51,895 nt of DNA from a bacterium (GCA_029561175.1 JAKQJL010000041.1:1-51895), one strand, 5' to 3'; counted from the first letter of the stretch, positions 7,069 through 15,371 are shown. Notes: generated from the sequence alone by a model not told the origin. Numbers and translations: made by a program.

Positions 7069-8077
7069 TTTTGGTTGCCGGGTTAACTCTGCCGAAATTA
7101 ATCAACTTTCCCAATCTTTTATCGATCAAGGGTTCATTCCCTCCAAAGATCAACCTGATATTATTTTAGTCAATACTTGCGCTATTACTAAAAAAGGGGA
7201 GTACGAATCAATTTCAAAAATTAAAAAACTATTAATCGATTACCCCAAAGCAACTATTATTGCCACTGGTTGTGCCGATCTTTCAAAAATTACTCCTACT
7301 AAAAATTTTCAAATTTACGACAAAAAAAATCTTCCCGAAAAATATACTCATCAGATAAAAGACAAATTTAGCCATACTAATCGATATATCTTAAGAGTTC
7401 AAACTGGTTGCACTTCATTTTGTAGCTACTGCATTGTTCCTACTAAAAGAACTACCCTTTGGTCAATGCCACTTGACCAAGCTGTTAGCCTAACTAATCA
7501 AGCCATCCAAGATGGCTACCAAGAAATTATTATTACCGGAATCAATCTTAATCAATACACTCCAGGGCTATCAAACCTAGTTGAAGCCTTATTAACTCAA
7601 ACCAAAATTTCACTGATTAGTTTTGGTTCACTACCACTTCTCTGTATCGACGACAAATTAATAGATTTATTTAAAAATTTTGAATTTAGAATTAAAAATT
7701 TTGTTCATATCCCTCTCCAGTCAGGCTCAGACAAAATTTTGAAACTAATGAATCGTCCCTATAATCAACAAAAAATCATTTCTATTATTAAAAATTTCAA
7801 ATTTCAAATTAAAAATTTATCTCTGGGTACTGATATTATTGTTGGCTTCCCCAACGAAACCGAATCTGATTTCCAAGAAACTTATAATTTGTGTCAATCA
7901 ATTGGCTTTCAAAAAATTCATGTCTTTCGCTATTCACCTCGGCCTCAAACCAAAGCTAAAGAAATCTTTTTAAATTCTCCTAAAATTTCTAAAGAAATCA
8001 TTAAAGCCCGTTCCCAAAAATTACGTTCTCTCAACGGCCAAACCACACTTCCATCTCATCAAACACCGGAAAACTAA
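7046..8077 (+). CDS. MiaB/MtaB-family radical-SAM methylthiotransferase (no TRAM domain visible)
   Basis: Three N-terminal Cys (FGCRVN, VNTCAIT, ATGCAD). Radical-SAM CTSFCSYC. HIPLQSGSDKILKLMNRPY. Only 343 aa. Confidence 0.75.
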   Translation: MKKFLSLNFGCRVNSAEINQLSQSFIDQGFIPSKDQPDIILVNTCAITKKGEYESISKIKKLLIDYPKATIIATGCADLSKITPTKNFQIYDKKNLPEKYTHQIKDKFSHTNRYILRVQTGCTSFCSYCIVPTKRTTLWSMPLDQAVSLTNQAIQDGYQEIIITGINLNQYTPGLSNLVEALLTQTKISLISFGSLPLLCIDDKLIDLFKNFEFRIKNFVHIPLQSGSDKILKLMNRPYNQQKIISIIKNFKFQIKNLSLGTDIIVGFPNETESDFQETYNLCQSIGFQKIHVFRYSPRPQTKAKEIFLNSPKISKEIIKARSQKLRSLNGQTTLPSHQTPEN

Positions 8078-9122
8078 AACTCACTTCTTGGCCCGGAAAT
8101 TTTACTTCCTCTCCCCAAACATAGACTCGATTAACATCCTGTTTCATCTCCATCGAAATTTTCCCTAAAACATCATCCATATTCTGGCCCCTTCTCATAA
8201 TCATTGGTTCAATCCGATCGGCAATTCCGTTTCTTTCTCTTTTTAAATAAACCCTAACCAAACCTAACTTACGCCAAATTTCATCTTTTAGTTCTTCAAT
8301 GGCAACATTTTTTTCAGCCGAAATTGGAATACAATCATTTGGTACTTTTTGGGCCTCAATCCCTAAATCAATTTTAGTTAATAGTTTTACTGCTGGCATA
8401 TATTTTCGATTTTTAGACAAACCATCGATTAATCTATCCACATTCGCCAACTTCTCCCCAATGGTAATAATTACATTATCAAAACCCAATTCCTTGGCAA
8501 TTTGAGCCACCATTTGTTTATCAAAATTACGATAAGGATCAATTACCTGAACCGAACCACGATCAGTTCGAGTAAAGCTCACCTTAGGAGCTCTAGTATT
8601 TAATCTAATCCCTGCTTGATAAAGTTCATTTTCAACCGTTTCAAAAAACTCAACCCGTTTAATATCGGTCATGATTATCACCATGTCTGAAGCCCGAACC
8701 ACCGAAATAACTTTTTTACCAAATCCTTTATTTCCGGCCGCACCCTCAATAATTCCCGGCAAATCAAGCATTTGGATTCGCACCCCTCTATGTTCCATCA
8801 TTCCCGGGATTACTCCCAAAGTTGTAAAGTCATAATTGCCAACTTTTGAAGCTGCATTGGTAATTTTATTTAATAAAGTCGATTTTCCAACTGATGGCAA
8901 CCCCACTAAAACTACCGAAGCATCGCCAGAATGTTTAATTGCATAACCACCACCGCTACTTCCTCCACTGCCACCAATAATCCTATCTTCCAACATATCT
9001 TTTAACTTAGATAACTTGGCCTTCAACACTCCATGATGAAACTGGCTACTCTTATCATATGGCGTATCATGTATCTCTTTTTTGACCGCCTCAATTTTCT
9101 TTAAGATTTCTTCTTTAACCAT
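8031..9122 (-). CDS. DRG/Rbg1-family GTPase with C-terminal TGS domain
   Basis: N-terminal helix HHGVLKAKLSKLK, Gly-rich spacer, G1 GLPSVGKSTLL, G2 YDFTTL, G3 DLPGIIEGA, G4 LTKID, and a TGS-like C-terminus. Appears collinear with eukaryotic DRG1 as recalled from memory. Confidence 0.8.
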   Translation of the reverse strand: MVKEEILKKIEAVKKEIHDTPYDKSSQFHHGVLKAKLSKLKDMLEDRIIGGSGGSSGGGYAIKHSGDASVVLVGLPSVGKSTLLNKITNAASKVGNYDFTTLGVIPGMMEHRGVRIQMLDLPGIIEGAAGNKGFGKKVISVVRASDMVIIMTDIKRVEFFETVENELYQAGIRLNTRAPKVSFTRTDRGSVQVIDPYRNFDKQMVAQIAKELGFDNVIITIGEKLANVDRLIDGLSKNRKYMPAVKLLTKIDLGIEAQKVPNDCIPISAEKNVAIEELKDEIWRKLGLVRVYLKRERNGIADRIEPMIMRRGQNMDDVLGKISMEMKQDVNRVYVWGEEVKFPGQEVSFSFPVFDEMEVWFGR

Positions 9123-9145
9123 TTGGTAAAATAAAGTTCAATTGC

Positions 9146-10540
9146 ATGAAATTATACCGTATTAGTTCACTATTTTTGCTTTTCTTTTTTGGTTTACTAA
9201 TTAAGCCAGTTTTTGCCGATAATCAAAACATCTTTGGCCTTCACTTATCTCAAACCAGTGATCTTGATAAAGCCGCCCCAATCATTAATAGCTCTCAAGG
9301 CGATTGGGGTTATGCCACCATTGTTATTCGCACCGATCTTCTTAATCAATCAATGTGGCAAGAATTTTTTGATAAATGCCGTAAATACCACATTATTCCT
9401 ATTGTTAGACTTGGAACCATGATGGAAAATGGCAATTGGAAAAAACCTGAATATCAAGATATTGATAACTTAGCCACATTTTTAAATCAGTTAAATTGGC
9501 CTACCAAGCAACAAATAATTATTCCTTTTAATGAAATCAATCATGGCACCGAGTGGGGAGGGGAGGTTGATATTAAAAATTTTGCCGATATTGCCATTTA
9601 TACTTATCAACAATTTAAAAACCTAAATACTAATTTTTATATTTTAGCCACTCCTCTCGACTACGCTTCTCCTGAAAAACCTCCTCAGTTTAAAAAAGTC
9701 GATCGTGTTTACCAAGAGATTTATTTATATAATCCCAAATATTTTGATTCTTTCGATGCCATTGCTTCCCATTCTTATCCTAATCATGGCTATATTGGTT
9801 TGCCCACCGATAAGAGTATTCACTCGATTATTGGCTACCAATATCAACTCGATATTTTTAAAAAATTAGGAGTAAAAAATAACTACGACGTTTATCTTAC
9901 TGAAACTGGCTGGCCACATCGAGAAGGGGAGCAACCTCAAAATAATTTATATACTACCAATACTACCGCTAAATTTTTCAACGAAGCCTTAGCTATTTGG
10001 CAAAAAGATCCCAAAGTAAAAGCTGTCACTCCTTTTACTTTCAACTATCCCTATCAGCCCTTTGATCATTTTTCTTGGGTAGATAAATCAGAAACACTTT
10101 ACCCCGCTTATCAAGCAGTGGTTGATTATCCCAAAACCGCCAATCATCCAGAACAAATTACCGATTATCAGTTAGTTAAATCAAGCATTCCGCTATTTTT
10201 AATTGCTGGTTCAGAATATGGTGGTCAAATTACTCTAAAAAACACTGGTCAATCGGTTTGGGGAGAAACTAATTTTTGCTTAAACCCTATAAGTTCCGAT
10301 AATATTATTACAGATGCCATTTGCACCCCCAAAGATTTTGTTTATCCTGGCCAAACCTGGACTTTTGAATTTAAATTTAAAGTAAACAAACCTCAAAATT
10401 ACAACACCAAGTCTTTTCTCCAGTGGGATAACCTTCCCGCAGTTGAAATTATTCCTTTTACTAAAACCGGATCTATTTACAGCCCTAAAAATACCATTAA
10501 CGAACAACTCCTCCGTTTTTTATCCCGATTCTTTTTGTAG
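9146..10540 (+). CDS. Secreted glycoside-hydrolase-like (clan GH-A TIM barrel) protein with a C-terminal Ig-like domain
   Basis: Signal peptide ...LIKPVFA/DN. Candidate acid/base FNEINHGTEW and nucleophile YLTETGWPH. C-terminal beta-rich segment ITLKNTGQSVWG. Confidence 0.5.
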   Translation: MKLYRISSLFLLFFFGLLIKPVFADNQNIFGLHLSQTSDLDKAAPIINSSQGDWGYATIVIRTDLLNQSMWQEFFDKCRKYHIIPIVRLGTMMENGNWKKPEYQDIDNLATFLNQLNWPTKQQIIIPFNEINHGTEWGGEVDIKNFADIAIYTYQQFKNLNTNFYILATPLDYASPEKPPQFKKVDRVYQEIYLYNPKYFDSFDAIASHSYPNHGYIGLPTDKSIHSIIGYQYQLDIFKKLGVKNNYDVYLTETGWPHREGEQPQNNLYTTNTTAKFFNEALAIWQKDPKVKAVTPFTFNYPYQPFDHFSWVDKSETLYPAYQAVVDYPKTANHPEQITDYQLVKSSIPLFLIAGSEYGGQITLKNTGQSVWGETNFCLNPISSDNIITDAICTPKDFVYPGQTWTFEFKFKVNKPQNYNTKSFLQWDNLPAVEIIPFTKTGSIYSPKNTINEQLLRFLSRFFL

Positions 10541-10542
10541 TG

Positions 10543-10624
10543 TGCCGCTGAGAGGACTCGGACCTCCACGGATTGCTCCATACGCTCCTAAAGCGTACGT
10601 GTATACCAATTTCACCACAGCGGC
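10543..10624 (-). tRNA. tRNA-Leu(UAG), long variable arm
   Basis: Reverse complement GCCGCTGTGGTGAAATTGGTATACACG; anticodon arm TACGC/TTTAGGA/GCGTA. Confidence 0.9.
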
Positions 10625-10672
10625 ATTAAAACAACTTATTTTATCAATAATTTTGATAAAATAGCTTGACTT
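10625..10672. promoter_or_regulatory. Palindromic divergent tRNA promoter pair
   Basis: TTATTTTATCAA (10636-10647) and TTGATAAAATA (10653-10663) form an inverted repeat. Plus-strand -10 TAAAAT at 10657-10662 lies 10 nt before G10673. Minus-strand -10 at 10638-10643 lies 13 nt before 10624. Confidence 0.55.
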
Positions 10673-10746
10673 GTCCTCGTAGCTCAGTAGGATAGAGCGC
10701 TTCCCTTCTAAGGAAGAGGTCGTTGGTCCGATTCCAACCGAGGATA
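10673..10746 (+). tRNA. tRNA-Arg(UCU)
   Basis: GTCCTCGTAGCTCAGTAGGATAGAGCG; anticodon arm CTTCC/CTTCTAA/GGAAG. Confidence 0.88.
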
Positions 10747-10756
10747 CCCGTAGCTT

Positions 10757-10828
10757 GCGCCTATAGCTCAATGGATAGAGTACCAGTCTTCGGAACTGGT
10801 GATGAGGGTCCGATTCCCCCTGGGCGTA
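10757..10828 (+). tRNA. tRNA-Arg(UCG)
   Basis: GCGCCTATAGCTCAATGGATAGAGTA; anticodon arm CCAGT/CTTCGGA/ACTGG. Acceptor stem has two G-U pairs and the T-stem has one mismatch. Confidence 0.8.
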
Positions 10829-10832
10829 CACC

Positions 10833-10905
10833 GAGCCGCTAGCTCAGTCGGTAGAGCAATCGCCTCTTAAGCGATTGGTCGAGAGTTCGAGTCTCTCGCG
10901 GCTCA
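10833..10905 (+). tRNA. tRNA-Lys(CUU)
   Basis: GAGCCGCTAGCTCAGTCGGTAGAGCA; anticodon arm ATCGC/CTCTTAA/GCGAT; acceptor GAGCCGC/GCGGCTC-A. Confidence 0.9.
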
Positions 10906-10935
10906 CAAATAATTAATCTAAGATACAATACTCAT

Positions 10936-11187
10936 ATGGATTTATTTTTTATCTACTCAGGCAAATGGAAACCATTCAGGCTTTCTTTTTTAGTTTCAAT
11001 AATTTTTTCAATTTTAGTATTCGCTGGTAAAACTAATACTTATAGTTGGGATACTTATTTAATAACCTTCTTAACAATTTTTATTCCTTTAATTTTAATT
11101 TTATATTTATTAACATTTTTATTTATCTGGGTATTTCCTCCTCAAAAAGGCGCTGAAGGTATTTGGCAAGATTGGTGGAAACCATAA
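10936..11187 (+). CDS. Hypothetical small membrane protein (3 TM helices)
   Basis: ORF track 83 aa, strongly hydrophobic. TACAAT at 10924-10929 lies 6 nt upstream of the ATG. Confidence 0.45.
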   Translation: MDLFFIYSGKWKPFRLSFLVSIIFSILVFAGKTNTYSWDTYLITFLTIFIPLILILYLLTFLFIWVFPPQKGAEGIWQDWWKP

Positions 11188-11208
11188 TTGAATCTGCTAA
11201 ACTAATTC

Positions 11209-11931
11209 ATGCTGATTTTATTTTTTGTTTTAAGCCTAATCCTACCCCAACCTTCTTTTGCCCAAAGCCAAGAATATTTTAAATATCAAGAAAATTATCA
11301 AATTTTTATTGAAAAAACCAACGTTAACAATACTTATCACAGCATTTCTACTCAAAAAGAACTTTTTGAAATAACTAAAAAGACCTTAAATACCAGAGAA
11401 TTAGCTCTTAAATCATATTTAAACTCTCTAAAAACACGTCTTCCTCAATACCAATCAGCCAATCCAGAAGCAACCCAAAAACTAATTGATCAACTTCAAC
11501 AACTCGAGGTTTGGTTAGATCAAAAAGCCCAATCAGCTCTGACTCTTAATTCCGACCCTGACCTAAAAAACTATGCTCTCGAATTCAGCACTAAATATTT
11601 AGAAATCCAACAAGCAGCCTATTCTTCTTTAGTTCAACACGAAGTTAACCAAAAAACATTAGTTCTTAATGAATTAGACACCTTAGCACAATTAATGAAA
11701 ACTTCGCCATCAATTAAAAATCAAGATTGGCTACCAGATATCGAAGCTACTAGCTCCCAAATAAAAGCAAAATTATCCGAAAGTCTTCTTGAAACCGTCT
11801 CACCACAATATAATCATCAAGAATTCAATTCTTTTTACGCTGATTCTAAAGAGTACTTAAACGAAGCTCAACAGCTATTAACCAAAATGTTTTCAAATTT
11901 AACTATCATTCTTATTAAATCAAAATCATGA
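11209..11931 (+). CDS. Hypothetical exported all-helical protein
   Basis: Signal peptide MLILFFVLSLILPQPSFA/QS; Gln/Leu-rich, coiled-coil-like composition; no recognised family. Confidence 0.5.
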   Translation: MLILFFVLSLILPQPSFAQSQEYFKYQENYQIFIEKTNVNNTYHSISTQKELFEITKKTLNTRELALKSYLNSLKTRLPQYQSANPEATQKLIDQLQQLEVWLDQKAQSALTLNSDPDLKNYALEFSTKYLEIQQAAYSSLVQHEVNQKTLVLNELDTLAQLMKTSPSIKNQDWLPDIEATSSQIKAKLSESLLETVSPQYNHQEFNSFYADSKEYLNEAQQLLTKMFSNLTIILIKSKS

Positions 11932-12224
11932 TCCAACTTTCTTTTTTAAAAACCATTGATAAAAAATATTTAATCATTATTGGATTATTTATTTTTTTTA
12001 CTTTAGTTTTAGTTCTCTCAACCTCAATTCAAAATCAAAAAACTCAAACTAATCTTCCCACCCCCACTCCAACTCCAGTTTTAGCCACTCAAAAACAACC
12101 AATGACCAACGATCTTAATCAAGTTCCAACCGAATTTTACGAAACAGTTAATAAAATCAACCAAAATTTAAAAATCACTGTTCAAGACGACTTTCCCCAA
12201 ATTGATTCAAAAATTGGTTTCTAA
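11928..12224 (+). CDS. Hypothetical membrane-anchored protein with a PT linker
   Basis: 4-nt overlap with the upstream gene. TM segment YLIIIGLFIFFTLVLVL, then NLPTPTPTPV. Confidence 0.45.
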   Translation: MIQLSFLKTIDKKYLIIIGLFIFFTLVLVLSTSIQNQKTQTNLPTPTPTPVLATQKQPMTNDLNQVPTEFYETVNKINQNLKITVQDDFPQIDSKIGF

Positions 12225-12788
12225 TTATTTTCTCGACAAATAAGTTCCGTATTCAGTGCTAATTGAAATTTCGTCACCAACTTTAACAAACAAGGGGACT
12301 TGGATTTTAGCACCAGTGTCTAAAACAGCATTTTTCATGGCTGAAGTAGCGGTATCACCCTTAACTGAATTTTCAGCCTCAACCACAGTACAAATAATAC
12401 TTTTTGGTAAAGTTACTCCGACTGGTTTTTCGTCATAAAATTTAATTCGATACAAAAGGCTTTCTTTCAAATAAACTTTATCATCACCCATCACTTCCGC
12501 AGGAACTGAATATTGTTCAAAAGTTCTTGGTTCAATAAAAACATAATTACTTCCATCAAAATATGAATATTCAGCCTCATGAGTTTCTACTAGAACCTCT
12601 TCAACTTTTTCTCCCGATTTATAGGTATATTCAACCACTCTTCCAGTAAAAAGAGATTTCATTTTTACTCGATAGAAAGCTGAACCCTTTCCCGGCGACA
12701 CGAAAGTTATATCCACCACCATATTAGGTTCTTCGTGGAAAATAATATACATGCCTTTTTTGATTTGTGAAGTTGTGATCATTCCCAT
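12225..12788 (-). CDS. efp: Elongation factor P
   Basis: IKKGMYIIF..., VSPGKGSAFYRVKMKSLFTGRVVE (conserved PGKG loop with the modifiable Lys); three-domain length of 187 aa. Confidence 0.9.
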   Translation of the reverse strand: MGMITTSQIKKGMYIIFHEEPNMVVDITFVSPGKGSAFYRVKMKSLFTGRVVEYTYKSGEKVEEVLVETHEAEYSYFDGSNYVFIEPRTFEQYSVPAEVMGDDKVYLKESLLYRIKFYDEKPVGVTLPKSIICTVVEAENSVKGDTATSAMKNAVLDTGAKIQVPLFVKVGDEISISTEYGTYLSRK

Positions 12789-12793
12789 AACCG

Positions 12794-13009
12794 CTATTCT
12801 ATCTCAAGATTAGTTCTTTTCCAACCCCTCTCTTGTTTTCTAGTACCAATTGGATCATTTATTTCTGATTCAGTCATCCCCAATCTTTTTGCTCTAACAG
12901 CCACGATTTCTCTTACCAAGTTCAAAATATGGTTTTTATTTTCTGGGTTCAAATTTTTTAAAAGTATCAATGTTGTCTCAGTATCTCGTTTATCTTTATC
13001 ACTTGCCAT
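12794..13009 (-). CDS. Hypothetical small protein (71 aa), co-transcribed with efp
   Basis: ORF track. TGgTATAAT (hexamer 13019-13024) lies 9 nt upstream of the ATG at 13009. No family recognised. Confidence 0.4.
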   Translation of the reverse strand: MASDKDKRDTETTLILLKNLNPENKNHILNLVREIVAVRAKRLGMTESEINDPIGTRKQERGWKRTNLEIE

Positions 13010-13018
13010 TGGTAATCT

Positions 13019-13027
13019 ATTATACCA
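13019..13027 (-). promoter_or_regulatory. Extended -10 promoter for the small ORF-efp operon
   Basis: Minus strand reads TGgTATAAT, followed by 9 nt and then ATG. Confidence 0.45.
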
Positions 13028-13041
13028 TTTTAAATTTTTTC

Positions 13042-13087
13042 CAAAAAAAATCCCAGAGCATGCTTTTTAGAGGAGCCACCCCGGGAT
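13042..13087 (-). terminator. Hairpin plus U-run (terminator of the lysozyme-like gene and/or 3' end of a roughly 50-nt RNA)
   Basis: Minus-strand RNA AUCCCGGGG (13079-13087) pairs with CUCUGGGAU (13050-13058) to give 9 bp including 2 G-U, with a 20-nt loop. It is followed by U8 (13043-13050 on the plus strand are A). Confidence 0.5.
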
Positions 13088-13096
13088 CTAGGGCTG

Positions 13097-13125
13097 ACTA
13101 TACCAAAACACAACCAGTATGTCAA
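13097..13125 (-). promoter_or_regulatory. Near-consensus sigma-70-type promoter
   Basis: Minus strand: TTGACA (13120-13125), 17-nt spacer, TATAGT (13097-13102). Starts 4 nt after the stop codon of the upstream gene. Confidence 0.45.
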
Positions 13126-13128
13126 CAA

Positions 13129-13725
13129 CTAGAAATTACCAGACTCAATAGTATTAATAAACTGATTTACTCCTCGAGCCCAAGAACCATCCGAGTGTGG
13201 GCAATATTTCTTCATGATTAACTCAGGGGTATTCAAACCTTTATCAAAATATACTCTCTTTAAATACTCAGCATAACTCTTTAAAGCTAATTCATAACTA
13301 TCAAATTTTAGTGTTCCATTCTTATGAATTCCATAACCCCAACAATTGTGAGAACCTTCAGGTATTTTTTTACATAAGTTTGATTCTTGTTGACCAATCG
13401 CTGGAATCCAATAATATTCAAATCCATATGTTTCCGATAAATCAAAAATTAGCTGATAGTATGGAGCCAGGGGAGAGTTGTACTTTTCTAAATATCTTTT
13501 GATTAACAATGGTCTGGCATCAGCTTCAACCTCTTCTGTCATTATCTTATTTTCAGCTATTTCATTAGCAATTGTGGCAGCCTTGGTTTCTACTACCGGC
13601 ATGGTAACCACTTTTACACTTTTCTTAGTTGAGTAATAACTGTAATAAAACAAAGATGACCCCAAAAATACCATCAAAACTAAACCACACCAAACTAAAC
13701 CAATTTTAAAAAAAATCCTCTCCAT
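13129..13725 (-). CDS. Membrane-anchored lysozyme-like (SLT/glucosaminidase-type) cell-wall hydrolase
   Basis: N-terminal TM. YYWIPAIGQQESNLCKK...NCWGYGI resembles the catalytic Glu-Ser region of lytic transglycosylase folds. One of the few genes with an SD-like AAAGGA 8 nt upstream. Confidence 0.45.
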   Translation of the reverse strand: MERIFFKIGLVWCGLVLMVFLGSSLFYYSYYSTKKSVKVVTMPVVETKAATIANEIAENKIMTEEVEADARPLLIKRYLEKYNSPLAPYYQLIFDLSETYGFEYYWIPAIGQQESNLCKKIPEGSHNCWGYGIHKNGTLKFDSYELALKSYAEYLKRVYFDKGLNTPELIMKKYCPHSDGSWARGVNQFINTIESGNF

Positions 13726-13763
13726 TTGTTTATCCTTTTTATCATGATATCATAGCCATAATT

Positions 13764-14552
13764 ATGAAAACAGATATCAAAGAATTAGAACAACTTAAGG
13801 ATAAAACTTTTGTTCTCCATCTTACTATTTCAAAAGAAAACCTCCTCAAAGAGTATCAAGAAGTTCTCAAAGCTTTTCAAAAAAATTTTACTAAAAAAGG
13901 CTTCCGACAAGGCAATGTACCCTTAAACATCGTCGAATCTGAACTCGACAAAAATCAAGCTTATTCCGAAATTCTCTCTCATTTACTGTCCCACCTTTAT
14001 CAAGACAAAGTAAAAGAATACGGTTTACGTCCAGTAATCGACCCTCAAATTAAAATTACCAATCCTCCTTTAACTCTTGATAAAGACTGGCTAGTAGATG
14101 TCACTGCCGCCGAACTCCCTCAAATTGAGCTAGATAAAAACCTTTATCAAAAAATCGCTAAAAACAATAGTTCTACCGATTTAATTATCAAAACCCTACT
14201 TGAAAATACCAAAGTAACTTTACCTCAAATCTTAATTGAGTCAGATGTTCAAAAAAATCTATCTAGAATGGTTGATCAAATTGAGTCAGCTGGTATGAAA
14301 GTTGAAGATTATTTAAAATCTAAAAACGAAACCTCAAAAAGCTATCAAGAAAAAATTGAAAAACAAGTTAAAGAAGAATGGACCATAAATTTGGCGATCA
14401 ACCAGATTTCAATTAACGAAAAAATTCAAGTTGAACCTAAAGATGCCGAAGAAATATTCAAAAAACAACCAGAAATGAAAAACAATCCAGAACTAGTTTT
14501 TTACCTACTTACTCAGCAAAAAGTTATTGACTTCTTAAAAAACTTAAAATAA
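13764..14552 (+). CDS. tig: Trigger factor, short form lacking the PPIase domain
   Basis: N-terminal ribosome-binding signature KKGFRQGNVPLNIV (the GFRxGxxP motif). 262 aa, compared with about 430 aa in canonical TF. Confidence 0.7.
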   Translation: MKTDIKELEQLKDKTFVLHLTISKENLLKEYQEVLKAFQKNFTKKGFRQGNVPLNIVESELDKNQAYSEILSHLLSHLYQDKVKEYGLRPVIDPQIKITNPPLTLDKDWLVDVTAAELPQIELDKNLYQKIAKNNSSTDLIIKTLLENTKVTLPQILIESDVQKNLSRMVDQIESAGMKVEDYLKSKNETSKSYQEKIEKQVKEEWTINLAINQISINEKIQVEPKDAEEIFKKQPEMKNNPELVFYLLTQQKVIDFLKNLK

Positions 14553-14557
14553 CAATT

Positions 14558-14566
14558 TGCTATAAT
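14558..14566 (+). promoter_or_regulatory. Extended -10 box 5 nt upstream of a start codon (leaderless-type)
   Basis: TGcTATAAT, hexamer 14561-14566; ATG at 14572. Confidence 0.5.
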
Positions 14567-14571
14567 AATTT

Positions 14572-15135
14572 ATGGCAGGTGGATTCTCGGGCAAGTTCGA
14601 CCCGAAGCTACAACAATTAATTAAGGCAAATAATAACGAAGTACTTAAAGACTCTACCAACTTTCCTGCGCCCAAAAAATCTCTCTTTGGAATTTTAAGT
14701 CTAAATCAACCTTCCGAAATTACACCTAATCACCAAGAAAAAACTCAAGAAAATCCTTGGACCATTAGTCATCTCGAAAAAGAAACCAAAGTTCTTTTTG
14801 ATCAACATCAGGTTGAAATTAAGAAAGAAATTGAAGAAATTTTAGCCGCCATTAAACAATTAATTGAAAAGAGCCAAGACCTTAAAGAAGAAGTCAAACA
14901 AACTGTTTTTCCAGAAGTAGTCGAACCTTCAAACTATCAAGTTGGTTTTCTAGGTCGAATAAAAAAATATATTTTAGATTCAATTCAAGATATTTCCGAA
15001 GCCAACCTTTGGGTAAACTCTTTTAATACTCGTAAAAAGAAAAGAAATTATTATTGGAACACTGGTAAAAGCAAAAAAGGTGGTCAACAATACCTTAATT
15101 CTAGTGAGCACTCAATTTCTCGAAGTGTAAATTAA
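14572..15135 (+). CDS. Hypothetical protein
   Basis: ORF track 187 aa; central coiled-coil-like Glu/Lys-rich segment and a basic C-terminus (TRKKKRNYYWNTGKSKKGGQQ). No family recognised. Confidence 0.45.
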   Translation: MAGGFSGKFDPKLQQLIKANNNEVLKDSTNFPAPKKSLFGILSLNQPSEITPNHQEKTQENPWTISHLEKETKVLFDQHQVEIKKEIEEILAAIKQLIEKSQDLKEEVKQTVFPEVVEPSNYQVGFLGRIKKYILDSIQDISEANLWVNSFNTRKKKRNYYWNTGKSKKGGQQYLNSSEHSISRSVN

Positions 15136-15138
15136 CCC

Positions 15139-15360
15139 ATGCCTACCGTTAAAATAGAAATTCCTGAACATATTAGTGCCGTCAAAACAAATTTATTTTC
15201 TAAAAACAGGGTAAATATCGTCTGCCCAAGACAAACTCTCGTTATGGAAAATGCTAGTTTTGCTAAATTAATAACTTCTAGATTTCAGGGTATTGAATAC
15301 ACCTGTCCAGATTGTAATACTGAAATTTTTATTCCCCGAAAAAATATTCACATGTTATAA
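15139..15360 (+). CDS. Hypothetical small protein with a possible Zn-ribbon
   Basis: 73 aa; CPRQ...CPDC Cys pairs. Confidence 0.4.
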   Translation: MPTVKIEIPEHISAVKTNLFSKNRVNIVCPRQTLVMENASFAKLITSRFQGIEYTCPDCNTEIFIPRKNIHML

Positions 15361-15361
15361 T
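15353..15361 (+). promoter_or_regulatory. Extended -10 promoter for tRNA-Val
   Basis: TGtTATAAT, hexamer 15356-15361, overlapping the stop codon of the upstream ORF. Exactly 10 nt to G15372. Confidence 0.5.
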
Positions 15362-15371
15362 CCACCTATTC

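Noticed and set aside
10443-10831. ORF-track entries 10443-10664(+) and 10520-10831(-)
   Set aside because: They overlap tRNA-Leu(UAG), tRNA-Arg(UCU) and tRNA-Arg(UCG), so they are spurious.
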